Assembly (NCBI GenBank): GCA_016871805.1
Contig: VHCG01000016.1
Coordinates: 776 to 64,775 of the forward strand
Length of the DNA: 64,000 bases
Direction: 5' to 3'
Source of the DNA: Verrucomicrobiota bacterium
GTDB lineage: Bacteria > Verrucomicrobiota > Verrucomicrobiia > Limisphaerales > UBA9464
Positions 28,350 through 41,131 of this stretch are shown piece by piece; within the stretch, counting starts at the first letter, position 1; each line of letters starts with the position of its first letter. The translations under genes and the position numbers were made by a program. Under the pieces are notes generated by a model. That model had not been told where the DNA came from. It saw only the letters and a program-made list of their open reading frames with translations, and searched no databases.

Positions 28350-28958
28350 ATGCCTGAGCCGTTAAAACGAGACTACCCGAAGACCCCCGACGACGGGTTG
28401 GTGGCGTGGGCCCAGGCGGGCGACACGGAAGCGTTTGAGGAGCTCGTTTTTCGGCATCGGGACAAGATCTATGCCCGCGCGTTCATGATGATGCGCCAGG
28501 AAGACGAGGCGTTGGACCTCTCGCAGGAGGCCTGGGTGAAAGCCTGGCAGCGTCTGCACCAGTTCCACGGCGAGTCGTCCTTCGCGACGTGGATGACACG
28601 GATCGTGATCAACCTGTGTCTCGACCAGATACGGCGACAGAAGAAGATCCGCTCCGAATCGATCGATCAGCTCGAGGAGGAGGCCGGGGGAGTCGAGCGC
28701 CTGATGCCGGCCGAGGAGATCAACCCAACGGAAGGACTTGAGAAGGGCGAGGTCCGTCGACGGATCGACGAGGCCATGGGCAAACTGACCCCTGCCCACC
28801 GCGCAGTCCTGGTCCTGCATGAATTCGAGGGCCTGCAGTACAAGGAGATCGCCGACCGAATCGGTGTCTCCATCGGCACCGTGATGTCGCGACTGTTCTA
28901 CGCCCGACGCCGGCTTGCCTCCCTGCTGCAGGGACTCCGGCGCGAACGACAACCCTGA
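28350..28958 (+). CDS. ECF RNA polymerase sigma factor
   Basis: AQAGD.EAFEELV, DLSQEAW, FATWMTRI..NLCLD, LHEFEGLQYKEIA, GTVMSRLFYAR. Confidence 0.95.
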   Translation: MPEPLKRDYPKTPDDGLVAWAQAGDTEAFEELVFRHRDKIYARAFMMMRQEDEALDLSQEAWVKAWQRLHQFHGESSFATWMTRIVINLCLDQIRRQKKIRSESIDQLEEEAGGVERLMPAEEINPTEGLEKGEVRRRIDEAMGKLTPAHRAVLVLHEFEGLQYKEIADRIGVSIGTVMSRLFYARRRLASLLQGLRRERQP

Positions 28959-28995
28959 AGCCTTTCGTCCCTTTTTCGTCCAAACACCTGAAGCC

Positions 28996-29472
28996 ATGAA
29001 AAAAGAACAGCTGCTGGAACTCCAAGCTTGCCTTGATGGGGAGCGGGACGCCCAGCGTTCCGCTGAAATGGAGGCGCATTGCGCCACGGACCCCAACCTG
29101 GGCGCGGTCCGCGAGGCGATCCTCAACTCCCGTCAACTGCTGCGACAGCACGATCCGGATCATCACGTACCTGTTTCGCGAGAATTCTACTGGCGGCAGA
29201 TCGAACGCCAGATCACCCCGGAGCCCGGGAATCGCCCCACCCCGGAGTCATGGATCCCTTCGTGGAACCTCGTCCTGCGGTGGCTGGTACCCGTGGGCGG
29301 ACTCGCCGCGGCCGTGGCCCTGTTCCAGCTCCCCGATTCCCCCAACACCCCGCCCCAAACCGCCAAGGTAACCTCCTCGACCCAGCTAGCTCTCAACACA
29401 GGCACCGCGGAGTCGACCTCCGTGGAGTACCGCTCGGAATCGGACGGCGTGACCATCCACTGGATCCATTGA
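28996..29472 (+). CDS. putative transmembrane anti-sigma factor
   Basis: LQACLDGE......EMEAH N-terminus and a single TM; directly after the ECF sigma. Start ATG 28996. Confidence 0.8.
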   Translation: MKKEQLLELQACLDGERDAQRSAEMEAHCATDPNLGAVREAILNSRQLLRQHDPDHHVPVSREFYWRQIERQITPEPGNRPTPESWIPSWNLVLRWLVPVGGLAAAVALFQLPDSPNTPPQTAKVTSSTQLALNTGTAESTSVEYRSESDGVTIHWIH

Positions 29473-29488
29473 CGTCCCCTCGGCCACC

Positions 29489-29995
29489 ATGCACTCCATC
29501 CAACCCCCTCATTCCCAAACCCGTTCAGGCGTCCTCGCCTTGGGTGCCGCCTGCCTGACCCTCTGGGGATCCTTTCATGCCGTCGCTGACGACCTGCAGG
29601 TTCAGGCACGTCTCGTCTGGGGCACGAACAACCCCAAGCCCGAGGGCTCCAAATACACCCCCCTGGATGCCAAGGGACGCGAGAAGCTGCGCCAGTTCAA
29701 GTGGCAGAACTACTGGGTGGTCAACCAGTCGGTCTCCAAGCTGGATAGCCAGAAGGCGTCCCGGATGTCCTTGAGCGAGAAGTGTGCGGTCGACGTCAAG
29801 GATCTCGGCAACGGCACAGCGGAAATCCGGCTCTTCGAGCTCAAGACCGGTACCGAGCCCAAGCTCGTGAAGCCCGTCCATCACTCCATTTCGGCCCTCA
29901 GAAAAGGCGAGTACTGCATCCTCGCGGGCGATGACAAGGCCGTCTGGGATGACGCCTGGTTTGTGATCGTGACGGCGTCCGAGCCAAAGCACTGA
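29489..29995 (+). CDS. secreted hypothetical protein, third gene of the ECF locus
   Basis: Signal peptide ending AVA|DD; strong codon bias; followed by a hairpin near 30022-30050. Confidence 0.8.
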   Translation: MHSIQPPHSQTRSGVLALGAACLTLWGSFHAVADDLQVQARLVWGTNNPKPEGSKYTPLDAKGREKLRQFKWQNYWVVNQSVSKLDSQKASRMSLSEKCAVDVKDLGNGTAEIRLFELKTGTEPKLVKPVHHSISALRKGEYCILAGDDKAVWDDAWFVIVTASEPKH

Positions 29996-30112
29996 CCACA
30001 ACATATTCGGTGAACACCCTCGGAAAGGCCCTACCGGTGGGGCTTTCACCCCGGATTTCAGGACTTTCCAGTTGTGGCAACCTGCCACCTTGATAGGATT
30101 TTGGGAACCTGA

Positions 30113-32659
<2,547 letters not shown>

Positions 32660-32689
32660 TCCCCACCAACCCCTTTCCGCAGCACGTCC

Positions 32690-35326
32690 ATGGCCGACAC
32701 CACAGAACCCCCAATTCCTCCAGCATCTGGCGGCGCGTACAGCAGCAACGAGAAACTCGGCAAGATCAACGTTGCCGAGGAGATCAAGAACTCGTTCCTG
32801 GACTACTCGATGTCGGTGATCATTTCCCGGGCACTCCCAGACGCCCGGGACGGACTCAAGCCCTCCCAGCGCCGCACGCTGTATGCGATGCACGAGCTGG
32901 GCATCTTCCCCAACAAGAAGCACCTCAAATGTGCCCGTATCGTCGGCGAGACGATCGGTAAGTTCCATCCCCACGGCGACCAGGCCGTCTACGCCACGCT
33001 GGTCCACATGGCCCAGCCATGGGCGATGCGGGAATGCCTCGTGGACGGACAGGGCAACTTCGGTTCCGTCGAAGGCGATCCCCCGGCCGCCATGCGGTAC
33101 ACCGAGGCCCGGCTGACCCATCTGGGAGCCGTCCTCATGGAGGACATGGAGCAGGATACCGTCGATTTCGTCCCGAATTACGACGAGTCGATGGTCGAGC
33201 CGGTCGTCTTCCCGGCCGCCTTCCCAAACCTCCTGGTCAACGGCGGCACCGGCATCGCGGTCGGCATGGCCACCAACATGCCGCCGCACAACCTCGGTGA
33301 GGTCATCGACGGCATCTGCGCGCAGATCGACAACCCGGAAATCACGATAGCGCAGCTGATGAAGCACATCAAGGGACCCGACTTCCCCACGGGCTGCACG
33401 CTCTGCGGGACGGATCCCATCAAGTCCTATTTCACCACTGGACGCGGCAGCGTGAAGGTCCGCGGCCGTGTCGGAGTCGAGCAGCTCAAGGGCAACCGCG
33501 AGCAGCTCGTCATCACCGAGATCCCCTACAACGTCAACCGGGCCACCCTTGTCGAGCGCATCTCCGATCTCGTCAACGAGAAGACCCCGGGATTCACCGA
33601 GATCACCGACATCCGCGACGAGTCCGACGAGAACACCCGCGTGGTGATCGAGCTCAAGCGGGATGCGATTCCGAAGGTGGTCATCAACAACCTCTACAAG
33701 CAGACCGCCCTCGAGAGTTCGTTCTCCGTCAATGCCCTGGCCATCGACCACGGGCGCCCGAAGACGCTGAACCTCAAGGAGCTGATCAACTGCTACATCG
33801 AGCACCGACGTGAAGTCATCTTGCGTCGGACCCGGTTCCAGCTGAAGAAGGCTGAGGAGCGGGCCGAACTGCTCGAGGGCTACATCTGCGCCCTCAGCAA
33901 CCTCGACGATTTCATCCGGATCATCCGCAGCTCCAAGAGCCGCGACGAGGCCAAGGTCAAGCTGCTCGCCTTCGAGTGGACCCGGGCCCAGGTCGAACGC
34001 TGGGGCATCCTGATCCGCAGCGAGGCTCGCCTAAGCAGGTCTGGGCGCTATGCGCTCACAGAACGTCAGGTCGACTCCATCCTGGAGCTCCGTCTCTACC
34101 AGCTCACGGGACTCGAGATCGACAAGGTCAAGGGCGAGTACGGCGAACTCATCGAGCGGATCAAGGACCTGCTCGACATCATCGCGCGCGAATCCCGTGT
34201 GCTCTCCATCATCAAGAAGGAGCTCAAGGAGATCCGCGACAAGCATGCGAACCCCCGGCGGACCGAGATCGTGCCCGACGAGGGCGAAATGGCCATCGAG
34301 GATCTGATCGCGAACGAAGGAGTGATTGTCACGCTCACCCACAACGGTCTGATCAAGCGAACGAACATCTCCAGCTACCGAGCGCAGCGGCGCGGAGGCA
34401 AGGGCGTCATTGGCATGAGCACCCGGGAGGCCGAGAAGCCCGAGGATGCCGATTTCATCGAGCATCTCTTCACCTGCTCTACCCACGACTACCTGATGTT
34501 CTTCACAAACCTCGGTCGGGTCTACGTCGAGCGAGTCCATGAGATTCCGGACATGGGACGCGCCTCCAAGGGACGCTCCATTGCCAACATCCTGGAGCTG
34601 CGGAGCGGTGAACGAATCCAGACCCTGGTCCGGATCGAGGCCAAGTACGGTCAGAACAAGGAGGATCTCACCTGGCAGCAGCCGAACGAGCTCTTCTTCA
34701 TCACCCGGCAGGGCACCTCCAAGCGCACCGCGCTCAGTGATTTTCAGAACGTCCGCAAGGGGGGCATCATTGCGATCACCCTCGACCAGGGAGACGGCCT
34801 GGTGGACGTGAAGCTTACCACCGGACAGAACCAGGTGGTCCTCATCACCAAGGAGGGCATGAGTATTCGGTTCGAGGAGGACCAGGTCCGGTCCATGGGA
34901 AGAGCCGCCGCCGGCGTCCGGGGCATCGAACTGGAAAAGACCGACGAAGTCGTCGCTGCAGCCCTTGTTATTCCTGGTGCCACACTCCTTGTCGCGGGCG
35001 AAAACGGCATCGGCAAGAGGACCGATTTCGAGGAGTACCGCCTCCAGAGCCGCGGCGGCAAGGGGATCATCACGATGAAGACCGGCGATAAGACCGGGCA
35101 TGTGGTGGGGGCCTTGACCGTCCAGGACAGTGACGAGCTGATGCTCATCACCGTCGGCGGACAGATGGTCCGGATCCCGGTCCAAGGCATCCGCGAGGCG
35201 GGCCGGAACACGATGGGTGTGAAGCTCATCGACCTCGCCAAGAACGATCGCCTGCAGGCCATCGCTCCCGTCATCTCGGAAAAAGACGAGGAGGAGACAC
35301 CGGGCGAGGAACCACCGAAGCCCTGA
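32690..35326 (+). CDS. gyrA: DNA gyrase subunit A
   Basis: RALPDARDGLKP, HPHGD, AAMRYTE (catalytic Tyr), GyrA-box QRRGGKG. Confidence 0.98.
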   Translation: MADTTEPPIPPASGGAYSSNEKLGKINVAEEIKNSFLDYSMSVIISRALPDARDGLKPSQRRTLYAMHELGIFPNKKHLKCARIVGETIGKFHPHGDQAVYATLVHMAQPWAMRECLVDGQGNFGSVEGDPPAAMRYTEARLTHLGAVLMEDMEQDTVDFVPNYDESMVEPVVFPAAFPNLLVNGGTGIAVGMATNMPPHNLGEVIDGICAQIDNPEITIAQLMKHIKGPDFPTGCTLCGTDPIKSYFTTGRGSVKVRGRVGVEQLKGNREQLVITEIPYNVNRATLVERISDLVNEKTPGFTEITDIRDESDENTRVVIELKRDAIPKVVINNLYKQTALESSFSVNALAIDHGRPKTLNLKELINCYIEHRREVILRRTRFQLKKAEERAELLEGYICALSNLDDFIRIIRSSKSRDEAKVKLLAFEWTRAQVERWGILIRSEARLSRSGRYALTERQVDSILELRLYQLTGLEIDKVKGEYGELIERIKDLLDIIARESRVLSIIKKELKEIRDKHANPRRTEIVPDEGEMAIEDLIANEGVIVTLTHNGLIKRTNISSYRAQRRGGKGVIGMSTREAEKPEDADFIEHLFTCSTHDYLMFFTNLGRVYVERVHEIPDMGRASKGRSIANILELRSGERIQTLVRIEAKYGQNKEDLTWQQPNELFFITRQGTSKRTALSDFQNVRKGGIIAITLDQGDGLVDVKLTTGQNQVVLITKEGMSIRFEEDQVRSMGRAAAGVRGIELEKTDEVVAAALVIPGATLLVAGENGIGKRTDFEEYRLQSRGGKGIITMKTGDKTGHVVGALTVQDSDELMLITVGGQMVRIPVQGIREAGRNTMGVKLIDLAKNDRLQAIAPVISEKDEEETPGEEPPKP

Positions 35327-35340
35327 ACTCGAAACCCGGA

Positions 35341-36735
35341 ATGAACCACGCTCGGGATGTCCGGATCACCAGGGTCCGACTGTGGTTCCTTCCCGTCACC
35401 ACGCGGGTTCCGCTGAAATTCGGGACCGAGACGCTGACGTCCGTCACCTGCGCACGGGTCCAAATCCGGGTGGTGCGTCGGGACGGAACGACAGCAGAGG
35501 GTTGGGGTGAGACTCCCTTGAGCGTCCAGTGGGTCTGGCCCAGTGCAGCACCCTACGGTCCACGACATGCGGCCCTGAAGCTCTTCTGCGAGGTCTTGGC
35601 TCATGCCTGGTCGAACCATCCTGACTGGGGACACGCGCTTGAGCTCGGTCACGACTTCACAGAACAGGCCCTGCCCCGCCTCCGGGACGACTTCAACCAG
35701 AGCCGACTCGGGGCAGGTCCGGGGACGGAGCTCCCCTGGCTGGCTGCGCTGGTCTGCAGCTCCGCCTTCGATCTGGCGCTGCACGATGCCTACGGTCAGG
35801 TCCACCGTGTCCCGACGTGGTCGACCTACACCCGGGAGTACCTCAACCGCGATCTCGCCGCGTACCTTGAACCAGCCTCGGGATCCAAGGCGTCCTTCCA
35901 TGGGCGATTCCCCGTGGAGTTCCAACGCCCGCATCGTGCCGAGTCCCTCGTCGCCTGGCACCTGGTTGGAGGCCTCGACCCGATCGCTCCTGAGGAATTG
36001 ACAGGAAACGAACCCGACGACGGCGTCCCGGTCCTGCTGGCCGACTGGATTCGCACAGATGGCTTACGGTGCCTCAAGGTGAAGCTTCGGGGAACGGATG
36101 CCGAGTGGGACTACCGTCGATTCATCCAGGTGGGCCGAATTGGGGAAGGCCTAGGAGTCCAGTGGCTGACGGCCGACTTCAACTGCACGGTGCAGGAACC
36201 CGACTACGTCGTCGGGTTTCTTGACCGCCTCCGCGATGAAGAGCCGCGACTCTACGGAATGCTTCTCTATGTGGAACAGCCGTTTCCGTACGAGCTATCC
36301 CAGCATCCCATTGACACTCACGCGGTGAGCGCTCGAAAGCCGTTGTTCCTCGATGAGAGTGCCCATGACTGGCGACAGGTCCGGCTAGGACGCGAACTCG
36401 GCTGGACCGGGGTCGCGTTGAAGACGTGCAAAACCCAGACCGGTGCCGTCCTGGCGGCCTGCTGGGCCCAGGCACACGGCATGACACTGATGGTGCAGGA
36501 TCTGACCAACCCAATGCTGGCCCAGATCAGCCACTGTCAGCTGGCGGCCCACATACCGACGATCATGGGAGTCGAGACCAACTCCATGCAGTTCTATCCA
36601 GCAGCCAGTGGAATTGAGGCACAGATCCACCCAGACCTCTACAGGCGCCGGCATGGTCACATCGGACTGAGCTCGGTAACAGGATCCGGCCTCGGCTACC
36701 GGATCTGTGAAGTGAAGAGGGCCATGCCGCCGTGA
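35341..36735 (+). CDS. enolase-superfamily (mandelate racemase/muconate lactonizing-like) protein
   Basis: GWGE capping domain, AFDLALHDAYG, KVK, ADFN, EQP, DES, ALK. Confidence 0.85.
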   Translation: MNHARDVRITRVRLWFLPVTTRVPLKFGTETLTSVTCARVQIRVVRRDGTTAEGWGETPLSVQWVWPSAAPYGPRHAALKLFCEVLAHAWSNHPDWGHALELGHDFTEQALPRLRDDFNQSRLGAGPGTELPWLAALVCSSAFDLALHDAYGQVHRVPTWSTYTREYLNRDLAAYLEPASGSKASFHGRFPVEFQRPHRAESLVAWHLVGGLDPIAPEELTGNEPDDGVPVLLADWIRTDGLRCLKVKLRGTDAEWDYRRFIQVGRIGEGLGVQWLTADFNCTVQEPDYVVGFLDRLRDEEPRLYGMLLYVEQPFPYELSQHPIDTHAVSARKPLFLDESAHDWRQVRLGRELGWTGVALKTCKTQTGAVLAACWAQAHGMTLMVQDLTNPMLAQISHCQLAAHIPTIMGVETNSMQFYPAASGIEAQIHPDLYRRRHGHIGLSSVTGSGLGYRICEVKRAMPP

Positions 36736-36906
36736 GATCGATCCCATCTCTTCGCCTGGAAAAACGCGTCCGAAATTCATTGGAGTCATAGCCCCGCGAA
36801 CAACAAAAGTGACTCCAGAGCGGGAATCAAAATACCCCAATTGATTATCCCGGTACGTCCAGGTCACATATCTGGGTCTGAACCATTTCGGTTTGGCGAT
36901 GGGGTG

Positions 36907-37488
36907 TTAGCTCTTGTCCCGATAATCTTGAAGATTCGCGAAATCCTCGGCCACCTCTTGGGGAACAAGATGATGGACAGGCAGTCCTCTCCGAACCCGC
37001 CTTCGGATCTCTGATGAAGAAATATCCATAGGCCATCCTTTCAGATGGCGAAGCCTATAAGGCGAGGGAAGGGAAATGGATGGGTGGCCCGGGCGCGGTA
37101 TGACAACAAACTGGACGAGGCACGCGAGAGACTCGGCCTCGCGCCAGCTGGGCAAGTGGGGAACCTGGTCCGATCCAATCAAAAGCAGAAGTTCAGAATC
37201 GGGATATCGTCTCCCGAAGTAACGTATAGTGTCGATCGTGTAGCTGACTCCGCCGCGTACCAACTCGATCGCATCCACCTTGCAACGCATTTGGCCAGCC
37301 AAAGCCAGCCTTAACCACCGAAGCCGCAAGCTCCCATCGGCGGGGCTGCGGTCGGGTTTGAATGGCGACCGGAGGGTCGGAATAAAAATCAACCAATCAA
37401 GCGCCAACTCCTCCAAGGCGGCCTCCGCCACCATCAAGTGACCTCGATGCACAGGATCAAAAGAGCCACCATAGAGGGCTATTCGCAT
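36907..37488 (-). CDS. nadD: nicotinate-nucleotide adenylyltransferase
   Basis: GGSFDPVHRGH, SPFK, SYTIDT, IGSD, ISSSEIR. Confidence 0.95.
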   Translation of the reverse strand: MRIALYGGSFDPVHRGHLMVAEAALEELALDWLIFIPTLRSPFKPDRSPADGSLRLRWLRLALAGQMRCKVDAIELVRGGVSYTIDTIRYFGRRYPDSELLLLIGSDQVPHLPSWREAESLACLVQFVVIPRPGHPSISLPSPYRLRHLKGWPMDISSSEIRRRVRRGLPVHHLVPQEVAEDFANLQDYRDKS

Positions 37489-37847
37489 GTTGCGAGACTA
37501 CGGAATCGAGGTGACGGCGGCGAAAAACATTTTAAGCAAATTTGTTGGCTACAAAGGGTATGGGTTCGACGGTCCACAATCGAGTTATACCCGAGCCTCG
37601 ATCCGAGGATTACTATCGCACGTCCCTTTTGTCCATCCGCACCACAAGGAATCAAGTCTTCAACGTCTTCCAAGAACACTCTCGATCCTTGAGAGACGGA
37701 TTTTGACGTGACCGACTCCCGAACAAGCCTCAATTGATTTCGGGAATTCGCCTCATTGGATCGCCATTTAGTGTGCGCACGATCCACACGTTACTCAAAA
37801 CGATCTATGCCTATCCAATCAATGTGATGAGCTAGAATTCCAATTTC

Positions 37848-39452
37848 TTATTTGCTATAGAGAAATTTTTTGGATGCGATTGGTTTCGTGCTATTGCTAG
37901 TCTCGCAAAAACCGAAAGAGGGCTTGCCAACCACTGAAGATCGAGTGGGAGGAATTGGATTTCTCGTATTTAATCGTGTAGATCCAAGTTTAAGATTTCG
38001 ATACCGATCATCCCTCTTTCCGCTAGAACGGTTGTCGTAGATGCGGTTTAGACCCCCAAAATAGCACCAGATGATCGCTCCGGTCGGAACATGAAGAAAC
38101 GGTGCCCCGGTAACGAAAGAAGGCACCGTGATAACCCAAAGCGCCACAGTGATAATTGCATCGGGCTCGGACGCTTCCCCTTTCAATGACTTTGCCCAAA
38201 CCATGCTATCTTGAATGGCCCGTATTATCATTGCGAAATAAACAACCAAGCCAGCGAGACCAAGGTCGATTGCAGCATGACCCATATCCCCATCAATCAG
38301 TCTTGGACTATAGCGGGGCAATAGGTAGTAAAAAATTACCGGAACACCATGGGTTGAACGACCTAGGCCTCCACCTAACGGAAATTCCAGCAATGAAAAG
38401 AAGGTAGGCTCTATGACGATCCATACACGCCAAGCGAGCTCATTAACAGCGAAAGCCGTCTGCAGTCGACCTACATCAATTGATTTAGAATCTGCCAGAA
38501 ATTGTGACCCGACAATCGCAAACACTGCGATCACCAAGAGCATTTTAACCAAAATCCCACGCATCCAAATGATCACAACTGTCCCCAAAATAGCAGTTAT
38601 CATGGAAGAGCGACTTCCACTTATGAATACACCGTAGAGGCTCATTCCAATACCAGCTATCCAAAACAAGCGTTGGTAGAAACCCAACCCCGGTTGGGTA
38701 GCGTACCCCATGCCAATGATGATACCAAAAACCATTGTGGCGGCAAACGCACCAGCAGCCACAAAGCTCGAAAAGACACGGAAACCTGCAACTCCTTCTT
38801 CCTTCTTGTAGGTAGATCCGATGATCGTTTTCATCATTCCAGCATCTTCGCTTTGGATATTTAGGAAGTCTGCCGGATCTTGGAAGGCTCCATAAACAGA
38901 GACTGAAATGCACAAAATCAAAATAAGTGCTGAAAAAAGAAACATCTGCCTCGGGGTACCTATAATACGATAGCCTATAATGAAGACTAACGGAATGAAT
39001 ATCCAACCACGCAATGAGGCCAATCTAATGATCCAAGGAACATCTGTTGGTATTAGTGTGAAAATTATGCAAAAATATATGACAAACTTCAGCGCAATGG
39101 CTGTTCTGCTATTTGAGAACAGAGTTTGCCGTACCGGAAGACTCTTGAATGCAAAGATCAATCCAATGGCCAAAGGAATATCATATGCAAAAACGGCTAT
39201 AGCTCCAGGAAAGGTACGCTTGAGCGAACCATGATAGAATCCAATGATGAGAGCTGCAACGATGCAAAGATTTCCAACCGGCGATATTGCAAAGCAGTCC
39301 TTTATATAGGACCAAACGGACATTTGCTCTGGCTCAGCAACCGTATGTAGGTCTCGGACCGAGTCGAAAGATTTCCCTTTAGGGCGAGCATCCCCATCAG
39401 TCTTGGGCCGGCCAAGTGATTCCATACCTTTTTTTGGAAACATGCTGGGCAT
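37848..39452 (-). CDS. O-antigen ligase/polymerase (WaaL/Wzy-like) membrane protein
   Basis: Many TM helices, RVFSSF, ISGSRS, PLGGGLG, DLGLAG. Markedly AT-rich. Start uncertain. Confidence 0.75.
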   Translation of the reverse strand: MPSMFPKKGMESLGRPKTDGDARPKGKSFDSVRDLHTVAEPEQMSVWSYIKDCFAISPVGNLCIVAALIIGFYHGSLKRTFPGAIAVFAYDIPLAIGLIFAFKSLPVRQTLFSNSRTAIALKFVIYFCIIFTLIPTDVPWIIRLASLRGWIFIPLVFIIGYRIIGTPRQMFLFSALILILCISVSVYGAFQDPADFLNIQSEDAGMMKTIIGSTYKKEEGVAGFRVFSSFVAAGAFAATMVFGIIIGMGYATQPGLGFYQRLFWIAGIGMSLYGVFISGSRSSMITAILGTVVIIWMRGILVKMLLVIAVFAIVGSQFLADSKSIDVGRLQTAFAVNELAWRVWIVIEPTFFSLLEFPLGGGLGRSTHGVPVIFYYLLPRYSPRLIDGDMGHAAIDLGLAGLVVYFAMIIRAIQDSMVWAKSLKGEASEPDAIITVALWVITVPSFVTGAPFLHVPTGAIIWCYFGGLNRIYDNRSSGKRDDRYRNLKLGSTRLNTRNPIPPTRSSVVGKPSFGFCETSNSTKPIASKKFLYSK

Positions 39453-39798
39453 ACTGACATTTCGGTCGGCGCCACAATTGGGGTAGCCAATCCGATGTGA
39501 TCGGTTCAAATCCCTCTACACTCAAATGTTTCGCAAGTCCCGTGGCTTGTCAGTGGACCTAGCGATTCCAATCCCATTCGACTCCGGTCACGGAGAACAT
39601 GAGAACATTTTTTGAAGCTAACCCATCAAATTCCGGTCCCGTCCATCGATCCGTCCCAACCATGGAGGGAACCCCTGGTCGACCTTGTCTCTCATCGCCG
39701 AGAAAATACGTCCATACACTCATTGCAGTCGAAGGAAGCAAGAAACAAACCATCACTAAAACCAATTCCTTAGTCCGTTGAGAACCCCGACCGCCTTG

Positions 39799-41127
39799 TC
39801 ACAGGTGATCGCCCAGATTGCTTGTCGCGATCAGTGCGCCCTGGAATTCCTCACCGAACCGCTGGAGGACTTCGTCCGAATGAAACATCGAGAGATAAAG
39901 CTTCGTACCCATGGGGTTCAGATAGATGCCACCACGAACCAGTTCGAGCATCACTCTTCGCCCCCTCGCCCGATCACTCGCAAGCCAGGTCTGCTGGTCG
40001 AAGACGGGGTGCGACGCAAACGCGACCTGCGCCAACGGTCCAAGGCCCAGCACCTGGCCTTGGGTTTCGGTGGACACGAGAACGGACTCGAGAATCGACC
40101 GAAAACGAGTCCCTGTTTCATGGAGCCGATCGTAGCAACCGGGCTCCGAATAGAGGTCCAACGCCGCCATCGCGGCCGCACATGAGATGGGGTTGCCACC
40201 GGTGGTCGAGGCAGACCACGCATAGTTGGGTCCGGGAAGACGCTGTTCGTTCACCACCTCCATGAGGTCGCTACGCCCTGCATAGGCACCGATCGGAAAC
40301 CCACCCCCAAGAGCCTTTCCAAAGGCGGCAAGGTCCGGTGTCACCCCGAAATACCCCTGGGCACCTGACAGACCGAACCGAAACCCGGTGACCACTTCGT
40401 CAAACACCAACACGATACCCAGGCGTCGGGTCGCCTCTCGGAGTCCCTGGAGGAATCCGGGCAGCGGGGCGAGACACCGGTGGAGCGGCTCGACGATCAC
40501 CGCAGCGAGCTCCTGGCAGTGGGATTCGAGAATCTTCACCGTAGTCGCCAGATCGTTGAAGGGGGCCACCAAAACATCCCGCTCCACCCAACCCGCACCG
40601 GCGCCGCTCGGATCCGACTGCGGCAGGGTGACCGACCGCCCGTTGAGCATGCTGGCGACCCCCACCGGATGCTGGCCGTGGTAGGCGCCCTCAAATTTGA
40701 GGACCTTTGACCGTTGGGTCACAGCCTGGGCGACACGGAGGCACATCAGCGTGGCCTCGGTTCCTGACGCCACGAACCGGACACGCTCCGCGCAGGGAAC
40801 CAAGGACTGAAGCCGCTCCGCCAGTTCGACACCCCGGCGGTTTACACCGGCAAAATTGTAACCATCCGACAACGCACGAATCACCGCTTCACGTATTTTG
40901 GGATGGGCGTGTCCCATCAGAGCCGATCCCCATGCCATGGTCAGATCCCAGTACTCCCGTCCCGACGTATCCCACACCCGTGCCCCTTCTCCACGGGCTA
41001 TGACCGGTGCCAGGCCGGGTGGGAATCCAAACTCGCCGTTCGATCCGTCGGGAAACACAGCCAGAGCACGACGTCCCCAGTCGACGGAACCTCCCGCCTG
41101 CTCCAGCCCTTCAGTAAGTTGGTCCAT
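39799..41127 (-). CDS. class III PLP aminotransferase (glutamate-1-semialdehyde aminomutase-like)
   Basis: SGTEAT, KFEGAYHG, IVEP, FDEVVTGFR, FGKALGGGFPIGA, GNP. Confidence 0.9.
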   Translation of the reverse strand: MDQLTEGLEQAGGSVDWGRRALAVFPDGSNGEFGFPPGLAPVIARGEGARVWDTSGREYWDLTMAWGSALMGHAHPKIREAVIRALSDGYNFAGVNRRGVELAERLQSLVPCAERVRFVASGTEATLMCLRVAQAVTQRSKVLKFEGAYHGQHPVGVASMLNGRSVTLPQSDPSGAGAGWVERDVLVAPFNDLATTVKILESHCQELAAVIVEPLHRCLAPLPGFLQGLREATRRLGIVLVFDEVVTGFRFGLSGAQGYFGVTPDLAAFGKALGGGFPIGAYAGRSDLMEVVNEQRLPGPNYAWSASTTGGNPISCAAAMAALDLYSEPGCYDRLHETGTRFRSILESVLVSTETQGQVLGLGPLAQVAFASHPVFDQQTWLASDRARGRRVMLELVRGGIYLNPMGTKLYLSMFHSDEVLQRFGEEFQGALIATSNLGDHL

Positions 41128-41131
41128 GGGG

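Noticed and set aside
37479-37787. Short ORFs between nadD and the Wzy-like gene, and at 39559-39765 and 20512-20754
   Set aside because: No recognisable motifs, RBS or codon bias; cannot be supported as genes.
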